Below the pieces are notes generated by a model. The model was not told where the DNA came from. It was given only the letters and a program-made list of their open reading frames with translations, and did not search any database. Source: Eledone cirrhosa (taxonomy: Eukaryota). Taken from it: a stretch of DNA of 64,000 nt. A program made the translations under genes and the position numbers. Numbering within the stretch: the first letter of the stretch is position 1; each line of letters begins with the position of its first letter. Of this stretch, positions 49,001-60,782 are shown piece after piece. Location of the stretch: positions 7,378,001 to 7,442,000 of the forward strand of contig OZ024745.1 in assembly GCA_964016885.1 (NCBI GenBank). Reading direction: 5' to 3'.

Positions 49001-52000
49001 ACTACCACACTATTGTAGACACTACCACACTACTGTAGACACTACCTCACTATTGTAGACACTACGACACTACTGTAGACACTACCACACTACTGTGGAC
49101 ACTACCACACTATTGTAGACACTACGCCACTACTGTATACACTACCACACTACTGTAGACACTACCTCACTTTTGTAGACACTATCTCACTACTGTAGAC
49201 ACTATCTCACTACTGTAGACACTATCTCACTACTGTAGACACTACCTCACTACTGTAGACACTACCTCACTACTGTAGACACTACCTCACTACTGTAGAC
49301 ACTACCTCACTACTGTAGACACTACCACACTATTGTAGACACTACCACACTATTGTAGACACTATCTCACTACTGTAGACACTACCACACTACTGTAGAC
49401 ACTACCACACTACTGTAGACACTACCTCACTACTGTAGACACTAGCTCACTACTGTAGACACTAGCTCACTACTGTAGACAGTACCACACTACTGTAGAC
49501 ACTACCTCACTACTGTAGACACTACCTCACTACTGTAGACACTACCACACTATTGTAGACACTACGCCACTACTGTAGCTACTACCACACTATTGTAGAC
49601 ACTTCCACACTTCTGTAGAAACTACCTCACTATTGTAGACACTACCACACTACTTCAATATTGTAGACACTACCACACTATTGTAGACACTACCACACTA
49701 TTGTAGACACTACCACACTACTGTAGACACTACCTCACTACTGTAGACACTACCACACTACTGTAGACACTACCTCACTACTGTAGACACTACCACACTA
49801 CTGTAGACACTACCTTACTATTGTAGACACTACCTCACTACTGTAGACACTACCACACTACCACACTACTGTAGACACTACCACACTACTGTAGACACTA
49901 CCTCACTATTGTAAACACTACCACACTACTGTAGACACTACCTCACTACTGTAGACACTACCTCACTACTGTAGAAACTACCTCACTACTGTAGAAACTA
50001 CCTCACTACTGTAGACACTACCTCACTATTGTAAACACTACCACACTACTGTAGACACTACCTCACTACTGTAGACACTACCACACTACTGTAGACACTA
50101 CCTCACTATTGTAAACACTACCACACTACTGTAGACACTACCACACTACCTCACTATTGTAGACACTACCTCACTACTGTAGACACTACCTCACTACCAC
50201 ACTACTGTAGACACTACCTCACTACTGTAGACACTACCTCACTACTGTAGACACTACCTCACTACTGTAGACACTACCCCACTACTGTAGACACTACCAC
50301 ACTATTGTAGACACTACCTCACTACTGTAGACACTACCTCACTACTGTAGACACTACCACACTATTGTAGACACTACCTCACTACTGTAGACACTACCTT
50401 ACTATTGTAGACACTACCTCACTACTGTAGACAATACCACACTACTGTAGACACTACCACACTACCTCACTATTGTAAACACTACCACACTACTGTAGAC
50501 ACTACCACACTACTGTAGACACTACCACACTACTGTAGACACTACCTCACTATTGTAGACACTACCACACTATTGTAGACACTACCACACTATTGTAGAC
50601 ACTATCACACTATTGTAGACACTACCTCACTACCTCACTACTGTAGACACTACCTCACTACTGTAGACACTACCACACTATTGTAGACACTACCTCACTA
50701 CTGTAGACACTACCTCACTACTGTAGACACTACCTCACTATTGTAGACACTACCACACTATTGTAGACACTACCTCACTACTGTAGACACTACCTCACTA
50801 TTGTAGACACTACCTCACTACTGTAGACACTACCTCACTACTGTAGACACTACCTCACTACTGTAGACACTACCACACTATTGTAGACACTACCTCACTA
50901 CTGTAGACACTACCTCACTATTGTAGACACTACCTCACTACTGTAGACACTACCTCACTACTGTAGACACTACCTCACTATTGTAGACACTACCACACTA
51001 TTGTAGACACTACCACACTACCTCACTATTGTAGACACTACCACACTACTGTAGACACTACCACACTACTGTGGACACTACCACACTATTGTAGACACTA
51101 CGCCACTACTGTATACACTACCACACTACTGTAGACACTACCTCACTGTTGTAGACACTATCTCACTACTGTAGACACTATCTCACTACTGTAGACACTA
51201 TCTCACTACTGTAGACACTACCTCACTACTGTAGACACTACCTCACTACTGTAGACACTACCTCACTACTGTAGACACTACCTCACTACTGTAGACACTA
51301 CCTCACTACTGTAGACACTACCACACTACTGTAGACACTATCTCACTACTGTAGACACTACCACACTACTGTAGACACTACCTCACTACTGTAGACACTA
51401 GCTCACTACTGTAGACACTAGCTCACTACTGTAGACAGTACCACACTACTGTAGACACTACCTCACTACTGTAGACACTACCTCACTACTGTAGACACTA
51501 CCACACTATTGTAGACACTACGCCACTACTGTAGCTACTACCACACTATTGTAGACACTTCCACACTACTGTAGAAACTACCTCACTATTGTAGACACTA
51601 CCACACTACTTCAATATTGTAGACACTACCACACTATTGTAGACACTACCACACTATTGTAGACACTACCACACTACTGTAGACACTACCTCACTACTGT
51701 AGACACTACCACACTACTGTAGACACTACCTCACTACTGTAGACACTACCACACTACTGTAGACACTACCTTACTATTGTAGACACTACCTCACTACTGT
51801 AGACACTACCACACTACCACACTACTGTAGACACTACCACACTACTGTAGACACTACCTCACTATTGTAAACACTACCACACTACTGTAGACACTACCTC
51901 ACTACTGTAGAAACTACCTCACTACTGTAGACACTACCTCACTATTGTAAACACTACCACACTACTGTAGACACTACCACACTACTGTAGACACTACCTC

Positions 52001-55000
52001 ACTATTGTAAACACTACCACACTACCACACTACCTCACTATTGTAGACACTACCACACTATTGTAGACACTATCTCACTACTGTAGACACTACCTCACTA
52101 CTGTAGACACTACCTCACTATTGTAGACACTACCACACTACTGTAGACACTACCACACTACTGTAGACACTACCTCACTACTGTAGACACTACCTCACTA
52201 CTGTAGACACTACCACACTATTGTAGACACTACCTCACTATTGTAGACACTACCACACTATTGTAGACACTACCACACTACTGTAGACACCACCTCACTA
52301 CTGTAGACACTACCTCACTACTGTAGACACTACCTCACTACTGTAGACACTACCACACTACTGTAGACACTACCTCACTATTGTAGACACTACCACACTA
52401 TTGTAGACACTACCACACTACTGTAGACACCACCTCACTACTGTAGACACTACCTCACTACTGTAGACACTACCTCACTACTGTAGACACTACCTCACTA
52501 CTCACTATTGTAGACACTACCTCACTACTGTAGACACTACCACACTATTGTAGACAATACCTCACTACTGTAGACACCACCACACTACTGTAGACACTAC
52601 CACACTACTGTAGACACTACCACACTACTGTAGACACTACCACACTATTGTAGACACTACCTCACTACTGTAGACACTACCTCACTACTGTAGACACTAC
52701 CACACTATTGTAGACACTACCACACTATTGTAGACACTACCACACTACTGTAGACACTACCTCACTACTGTAGACACTACCTCACTACCACACTACTGTA
52801 GACACTACCTCACTACTGTAGACACTACCACACTACTGTAGACACTACGACACTATTGTAGACACTACCTCACTACTGTAGACACTACCTCACTACTGTA
52901 GACACTACCACACTACTGTAGACACTACCTCACTATTGTAGACACTACCTCACTACTGTAGACACTACCTCACTACTGTAGACAGTACCACACTATTGTA
53001 GACAATACCTCACTACTGCAGACACTACCACACTACTGTAGACACTACCACACTACTGTAGACACTACCACACTACTATAGACACTACCACACTATTGTA
53101 GACACTACCTCACTACTGTAGACACTACCTCACTACTGTAGACACTACCACACTATTGTAGACAATACCTCACTACTGTAGACACTACCACACTACTGTA
53201 AACACTACCACACTATTGTAGACACTACCTCACTACTGTAGACACTACCTCACTACTGTAGACACTACCACACTATTGTAGACACTACCACACTATTGTA
53301 GACACTACCACACTACTGTAGACACTACCTCACTACTGTAGACACTACCACACTACTGTAGACACTACCTCACTACTGTAGACACTAACACACTACTGTA
53401 GACACTACCTCACTATTGTAGACACTACCACACTACTGTAGACACTACCTCACTACTGTAGACACTACCTCACTACTGTAGACACTACCACACTATTGTA
53501 GACAATACCTCACTACTGTAGACACTACCACACTACTGTAGACACTACCACACTACTGTAGACACTACCACACTATTGTAGACACTACCTCACTACTGTA
53601 GACACTACCTCACTACTGTAGACACTACCACACTATTGTAGACACTACCACACTATTGTAGACAATACCTCACTACTGTAGACACTACCACACTACTGTA
53701 GACACTACCTCACTACTGTAGACACTACCTCACTACTGAAGACACTACCACACTATTGTAGACACTACCACACTACTATAGACACTACCTCACTACTGTA
53801 GACACTACCACACTATTGTAGACACTACCACACTATTGTAGACACTACCACACTATTGTAGACACTACCACACTACTGTAGACACTACCTCACTACTGTA
53901 GACACTACCACACTACTGTAGACACTACCTCACTACTGTAGACACTACCACACTACTGTAGACACTACCTCACTATTGTAGACACTACCACACTACCATA
54001 CTACTGTAGACACTACCACACTACTGTAGACACTACCTCACTATTGTAAACACTACCACACTACTGTAGACACTACCTCACTACTGTAGAAACTACCTCA
54101 CTACTGTAGACACTACCTCACTATTGTAAACACTACCACACTACTGTAGACACTACCTCACTACTGTAGACACTACCACACTACTGTAGACACTACCTCA
54201 CTATTGTAAACACTACCACACTACTGTAGACACTACCACACTACCTCACTATTGTAGACACTACCACACTATTGTAGACACTATCTCACTACTGTAGACA
54301 CTACCTCACTACTGTAGACACTACCTCACTATTGTAGACACTACCACACTACTGTAGACACTACCACACTACTGTAGACACTACCTCACTACTGTAGACA
54401 CTACCTCACTACTGTAGACACTACCACACTACTGTAGACACTACCACACTACTGTAGACACTACCTCACTACTGTAGACACTACCACACTATTGTAGACA
54501 CTACCTCACTATTGTAGACACTACCACACTATTGTAGACACTACCACACTACTGTAGACACCACCTCACTACTGTAGACACTACCTCACTACTGTAGACA
54601 CTACCTCACTACTGTAGACACTACCACACTACTGTAGACACTACCTCACTATTGTAGACACTACCACACTATTGTAGACACTACCACACTACTGTAGACA
54701 CCACCTCACTACTGTAGACACTACCTCACTACTGTAGACACTACCTCACTACTGTAGACACTACCTCACTACTCACTATTGTAGACACTACCTCACTACT
54801 GTAGACACTACCACACTATTGTAGACAATACCTCACTACTGTAGACACCACCACACTACTGTAGACACTACCACACTACTGTAGACACTACCACACTACT
54901 GTAGACACTACCACACTATTGTAGACACTACCTCACTACTGTAGACACTACCTCACTACTGTAGACACTACCACACTATTGTAGACACTACCACACTATT

Positions 55001-56516
55001 GTAGACACTACCACACTACTGTAGACACTACCTCACTACTGTAGACACTACCTCACTACCACACTACTGTAGACACTACCTCACTACTGTAGACACTACC
55101 TCACTACTGTAGACACTACCCCACTACTGTAGACACTACCACACTATTGTAGACACTACCTCACTACTGTAGACACTACCTCACTACTGTAGACACTACC
55201 ACACTATTGTAGACACTACCTCACTACTGTAGACACTACCTTACTATTGTAGACACTACCTCACTACTGTAGACAATACCACACTACTGTAGACACTACC
55301 ACACTACCTCACTATTGTAAACACTACCACACTACTGTAGACACTACCACACTACTGTAGACACTACCACACTACTGTAGACACTACCTCACTATTGTAG
55401 ACACTACCACACTATTGTAGACACTACCACACTATTGTAGACACTACCACACTATTGTAGACACTACCACACTATTGTAGACACTACCTCACTACCTCAC
55501 TACTGTAGACACTACCTCACTACTGTAGACACTACCACACTATTGTAGACACTACCTCACTACCTCACTACTGTAGACACTACCTCACTATTGTAGACAC
55601 TACCACACTATTGTAGACACTACCTCACTACTGTAGACACTACCTCACTATTGTAGACACTACCTCACTACTGTAGACACTACCTCACTACTGTAGACAC
55701 TACCTCACTACTGTAGACACTACCACACTATTGTAGACACTACCTCACTATTGTAGACACTACCTCACTACTGTAGACACTACCTCACTACTGTAGACAC
55801 TACCTCACTATTGTAGACACTACCACACTATTGTAGACACTACCACACTACTGTAGACACTACCTCACTATTGTAGACACTACCACACTACTGTATACAC
55901 TACCACACTACTGTGGACACTACCACACTATTGTAGACACTACGCCACTACTGTATACACTACCACACTACTGTAGACACTACCTCACTGTTGTAGACAC
56001 TATCTCACTACTGTAGACACTATCTCACTACTGTAGACACTACCTCACTACTGTAGACACTACCTCACTACTGTAGACACTACCTCACTACTGTAGACAC
56101 TACCTCACTACTGTAGACACTACCTCACTACTGTAGACACTACCACACTATTGTAGACACTATCTCACTACTGTAGACACTACCACACTACTGTAGACAC
56201 TACCACACTACTGTAGACACTACCTCACTACTGTAGACACTAGCTCACTACTGTAGACACTAGCTCACTACTGTAGACAGTACCACACTACTGTAGACAC
56301 TACCTCACTACTGTAGACACTACCACACTATTGTAGACACTACGCCACTACTGTAGCTACTACCACACTATTGTAGACACTTCCACACTACTGTAGAAAC
56401 TACCACACTATTGTAGACACTTCCACACTACTGTAGAAACTACCTCACTATTGTAGACACTACCACACTACTTCAATATTGTAGACACTACCACACTATT
56501 GTAGACACTACCACAC
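46030..56516. repeat. Higher-order repeat domain III: terminal block present three times
   Basis: The marker cluster gtggac / tacgccac / tagctcac x2 / gacagtacc / gtagctac / cttcaatatt ends at ~49660, ~51620 and ~56480. Confidence 0.88.
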
Positions 56517-56544
56517 AAACTTATCAAATAATTCTACAATGAAA

Positions 56545-56770
56545 AGATCCTACATAGTTACATAGATCGATAAACATAGTTACAAGTGTTACACTTTAGA
56601 TCGATAAACATAGTTACAAGTGTTACACTTTAGATCGATAAACATAGTTGCAAGTTACACTTTAGATCGATAAACATAGTTGCAACTTCAACTTTAGAAC
56701 GATAAACAAAGTTACAAGACTTTAGATCGATAAACAAAGTTATAAGTTCAACTTTAGATCGATAAACTAG
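56545..56770. repeat. Minisatellite, 28-34 bp unit (TAGATCGATAAACATAGTTACAAGTGTTACACTT), ~7 copies
   Basis: TAGA(T/A)CGATAAAC recurs at 56563, 56597, 56631, 56663, 56695, 56723 and 56755, with a degenerate partial unit just before. Confidence 0.95.
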
Positions 56771-57023
56771 TTTCACAACACGGAACCTCCTCCCCCTCTC
56801 AGAAAAAAGCCAACCCCCAAGTTTCCTTCTAATTAAACAACATTTTACCAGAGAGGGTTAGTATGGGGAACGAACGGCTATGAAGTCGGCTGATGGATGA
56901 TGGGTAATATTAATGTAAGATCCATAACTGTTTAAATGGGGTTTTCTTCAAAGAAGGAGCCACATAACACACAAAGAAACCGCCAGAGATATAGAACAGA
57001 AGGAAATGAAAGCTATGTAACAG

Positions 57024-57625
57024 GAGGGCGGCAATAGAAATGACCATTATATAGAGGGGGGGGGGCAATAGAAATGACCATTATATAGAGGGGGGGCAAT
57101 AGAAATGACCATTATATAGAGGGGGAGGGCAATAGAAATGACCATTATATAGAGGGGGGGGGGCAAAGGAAATGACCATTATATATAGAGAGGGGGGGGA
57201 CAGAAATGCCCATTATATAGAGGGGGCAATAGAAATGACCATTATATAGAGGGGGGCAATAGAAATGACCATTATATAGAGGGGGGCAATAGTAATGACC
57301 ATTATATAGAGGGGGGGGGGCAATAGTAATGACCATTATATAGAGAGGGGGGCAATAGAAATGCCCATTATATAGAGGGGGGGCAATAGAAATGACCATT
57401 ATATAGAGGGGGGCAATAGAAATGACCATTATATAGAGGGGGGCAATAGAAATGACCATTATATAGAGGGGGGCAATAGTAATGACCATTATATAGAGGG
57501 GGGCAATAGTAATGACCATTATATAGAGGGGGGGGCAATAGAAATGACCATTATATAGAGGGGGGGGCAATAGAAATGACCATTATATAGAGGGGGGGGG
57601 GGGCAATAGAAATGACCATTATTAT
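57024..57625. repeat. Minisatellite, ~30-bp unit GCAATAG(A/T)AATGACCATTATATAGA plus a variable G-run (about 5-12 G), ~19 copies
   Basis: Units are directly visible, and length variation is almost entirely in the G tract. This repeat explains the repetitive ORF 57145..57570. Confidence 0.97.
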
Positions 57626-58104
57626 AAAAGCCAGCCATTATCTACCATCCCACAAAGTTAGAATAAATGTGAAAGGAAAACAAGAAAAAACTGGGGTTCG
57701 GGAAGAAGCATACGAACACCAACCATCAACCCCGTATGTACCCCACCCCACCCCTGTATGTACCCCCACACCAGCATCGCTCTTTTAAATTCATTGCTTC
57801 AAACAATATTTTTGCAGATCAAAACTTTACAAGCTTGAAAGAGACACGTGACCATCCTCCCCCTCTCATCCTCCTGCATACTTCCCCCACCCCTCTCAGT
57901 TTATGCCCCCTCCCCCACCAAAAACTAATAATAATTATTTCTCCCGACACCCTCTTACTTCCACCATACTCCCTCCCCTCGGATGGAAGTGAAGAACACG
58001 ACACCCTCCCCCTGGGTTGAAGTGAACACCCACAGCCAGAACCCCACAACAGATCCACCTACCATCCAATAACACCCGAGATACTCCCCACCATACTGTC
58101 AGTG

Positions 58105-58241
58105 CACACACACATCTATATATACACACACACACACATATACATACACACACACATATACATACACACACACATATATATATATACATACACACACACA
58201 CACACATATATATATACACACACACACATATATATATATAT

Positions 58242-58274
<33 letters not shown>
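58105..58274. repeat. Compound (CA)n/(TA)n microsatellite
   Basis: Alternating CA and TA runs are directly visible. Confidence 0.97.
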
Positions 58275-58277
<3 letters not shown>

Positions 58278-58353
58278 GAATGGGTGGGGGAGAAACAGAC
58301 AGGAGAGGAAACAGAAAATACGTAGTTGAAATTGTGAAGTTACATATATAAAG

Positions 58354-58360
58354 GAGAGAA

Positions 58361-58418
<58 letters not shown>

Positions 58419-58552
58419 GGCGAGAAAGAGCGAAAGAGAGGCCGAGGGAGAGCGAGAGAGAGGGCGAGAGAGAGAGCGAGAGAGCGAGAGCGAGAGCGAG
58501 AGAGCGAGAGCGAGAGCGAGAGAGCGAGAGCGAGAGCGAGAGAGCGCGAGAG
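58354..58552. repeat. (GA)n grading into (GAGAGC)n microsatellite
   Basis: GA runs are interrupted by GGC/GC and become a regular GCGAGA hexamer at the right end. Confidence 0.96.
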
Positions 58553-58658
58553 TTCATCAAAGGAACATATTAGAAGATGAGAAAAACCTTACATCATTTG
58601 ATGTGAAATTAAAAGGTTACGCTGTGCAGCAGCAGTGTGTGATCAGTCCAGCATCAGT

Positions 58659-58660
<2 letters not shown>

Positions 58661-58728
<68 letters not shown>

Positions 58729-58762
58729 CAGTGTATATATATATATATATATATACAGTGTA

Positions 58763-58798
<36 letters not shown>

Positions 58799-58800
58799 CA

Positions 58801-58850
<50 letters not shown>

Positions 58851-58872
58851 TATATATAGATATAGATATATA
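58661..58872. repeat. (TA)n microsatellite with periodic CAGT(G) interruptions
   Basis: TA runs are separated by CAGT(G) at ~58690, ~58729, ~58756, ~58799 and ~58848. Confidence 0.96.
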
Positions 58873-58908
58873 GACAGACAGACAGATGATAGACTTATTT
58901 TGTTCTGG

Positions 58909-58911
58909 TCC

Positions 58912-58942
<31 letters not shown>

Positions 58943-59000
58943 AATTTGTCTTCCGTTCATCAGAGTGGGTGAGAGAGAGTGAGAGAGTGATAGAGAGAGA
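58909..59000. repeat. Poly-C, (CA)n and (GA)n low-complexity cluster
   Basis: A run of about 20 C is followed by CA repeats to ~58943, then GA/GAGT repeats at ~58970-59000. Confidence 0.9.
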
Positions 59001-59726
59001 TTCTCTTTTTCATCTTTTTCTCGTCACGTCACTTATAATTGGGCTTTTATTTATTTAACGGATAAGAGAGGAAGAGAGAGAGAGAATCTGAGACAAAGAA
59101 CCGCCTGCCCCACCATCGCCCTTCCCACAACAGCTGAACAACCGTCCGGCGTCTCTTATTGTCTTTCAGTACATAATATAACATCACAGCATTTCCCGTC
59201 TTTTGAAGTTAGAGAGAGAGAGAGAAGTACAACACCATAACAACCATAATAAACACTGCAAAGATTTTTCTGCATGCCTCAAGTCATTTGCAGAAGTGCA
59301 TTCGTACTATCTATCTTTCCATTTATCTATCCTAGATATTTTAGAAGAAGAATCAGAGTGAGGAGAGAAGTGTTGCACACCAGCAAATTTTCCGAAAGGT
59401 GGGTGAATGTGGCAAGGATGGCCCGAGTGGTTGGGCCTTCTCTTATAAGCCTGTAGGTCGAGGAAGAAGAGGAAGAGATGAAAGGAGTACTCCCTCTTCG
59501 TGATTCTGGAGATGAGGGTTGTACATTTTTTTCGGGGTGTGTGCAACCCATTTGTAACGCCTCCCCCTATTGGGGATTTCGTTTGTTTTATTCATTATTT
59601 TTGTTATACATTTTTACACGCCTTGTATGTAAACTCCCCAATTGTATTTGTCCCCATCTTTTGCGCCCTTGTGGCAAATAAAGAAATATATCTATCCCAG
59701 ATATTAATCATACACATATACTTAGA

Positions 59727-59764
59727 TACACATATACATACACACACACACACACACACATACA
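59727..59764. repeat. (CA)n microsatellite
   Basis: The CA/CATA run is directly visible. Confidence 0.9.
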
Positions 59765-60015
59765 GTTAGTGAGCATTCAACACTCCTTCTCAAACTCTAA
59801 AATTAAATTAAGCTTTCCAAAATCAGAACTAGAGAGAGTGAGAGAGAAAGGCAAGGGTTGAAGTTCCTGTTTGGAAAGTTTGATGTGTTGATGAAAGAGC
59901 CATTGCAGTAACATCTCATTACAGTCAATATATGGTTGTTGTGGTGGGTAATCCGGAATGGGCGAAATAAACGGGTGGACATGGAGAGACGGGAGACATT
60001 GTAGTTGCTAAAGAG

Positions 60016-60067
60016 AGAAGACACATGTAGCTATGGTATGAAGAAGCCACATGTAGCTATGGTATGC
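60016..60067. repeat. 26-bp tandem duplication (AGAAG[A/C]CACATGTAGCTATGGTATG)
   Basis: Two adjacent copies at 60016-60041 and 60042-60067 differ at two positions. Confidence 0.9.
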
Positions 60068-60740
60068 AGACAGATGCCCTTAGGAGAAAACTCCAGCAGA
60101 CACATGGTTTACTAGGAGACACCTTATTTTCCTTCTACCCACACTATCTAGCTATTTAAAGAGTTAAGCGTAGCCAATCTCTTTTGTACAGCTATGCTTC
60201 TCAACATAGTTTTTTGATATAGTATTCTCTTACATTGTTTCTCTATATCTGTGGAATGGTGAAGACAAACAATTCAACAGAGAAACGAATATCTTTCTAC
60301 ATAACACACACAAGTTCTTCCATCTTAGAGGGTGACAAAAAAAGAATATTGGTATATAGCTTCAGGAAAGCTGGAATGAAAATAGTCAAAATGTGATGAT
60401 ATATATAATCAATACCGAAGTAGAGATTTAATATTCATTTTATTAAGGCTAAATAGTGGGTCTTGTTACTCTGGAGTCTCGCCTGTTTATTACAGGGTCA
60501 CATCTCTCTCCCTATATATATATACAAATATAATTTCAGCGAGATCGTATTTCGGCAGTGGCCAAAAACAAAACGAAACGCAATCCTCGAGATATGCGGC
60601 AAACGTTCAGTGGACTAAAAGAAGACCAGAGCAATTAACATGCGTTATAGAGGCCAGACAAAATGAAAACAGTGGTCGTGAAGCCATCAGCCACCGGAGC
60701 CAAAAAAAAAAACAAAGCAAGCTAAACAGGTTAACAAAAG

Positions 60741-60743
<3 letters not shown>

Positions 60744-60778
<35 letters not shown>
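60744..60778. repeat. (TA)n microsatellite
   Basis: Pure TA run. Confidence 0.95.

Positions 60779-60782
<4 letters not shown>

Larger units (their letters stand above)
1..56516. repeat. Satellite DNA array, 20-bp monomer CACTACC[A/T]CACTA[C/T]TGTAGA, ~2,800 head-to-tail copies, truncated by the left window edge
   Basis: The 20-bp periodicity is directly visible from base 1 to ...gtagacactaccacac at 56516, where unique sequence (aaacttatc) begins. Orientation is the same throughout and I saw no foreign insertions. Occasional 8-bp, 7-bp, 2-bp and 1-bp indels shift the phase. Confidence 0.99.

Noticed and set aside
1-56516. Resemblance of ctac...ttgtaga to the Cas12a CRISPR direct repeat (TCTAC-loop-GTAGAT)
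   Set aside because: There are no unique spacers, no cas genes and no AATTT leader motif, and the context is eukaryotic. It is a pure tandem repeat.
1-56516. Coding potential of the satellite as a repeat protein
   Set aside because: TAG occurs in essentially every monomer on both strands and the 20-bp period rotates it through all three frames. The ORF track reports nothing here.
56498-56540. 8-bp inverted repeat across the array boundary (attgtaga / tctacaat)
   Set aside because: It is too short and AT-rich to support a terminal hairpin or template-switch claim alone.
57145-57570. 141-aa repetitive ORF (PPLYNGHFYC / APLYIMVISI)
   Set aside because: It is a translation of the G-tract minisatellite, with the frame flipping according to homopolymer length.
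57736-59058. Overlapping ORFs rich in CV, YI, HT, SL or P
   Set aside because: They are read-throughs of CA, TA and GA microsatellites and C-rich low-complexity DNA, with no recognisable domain.
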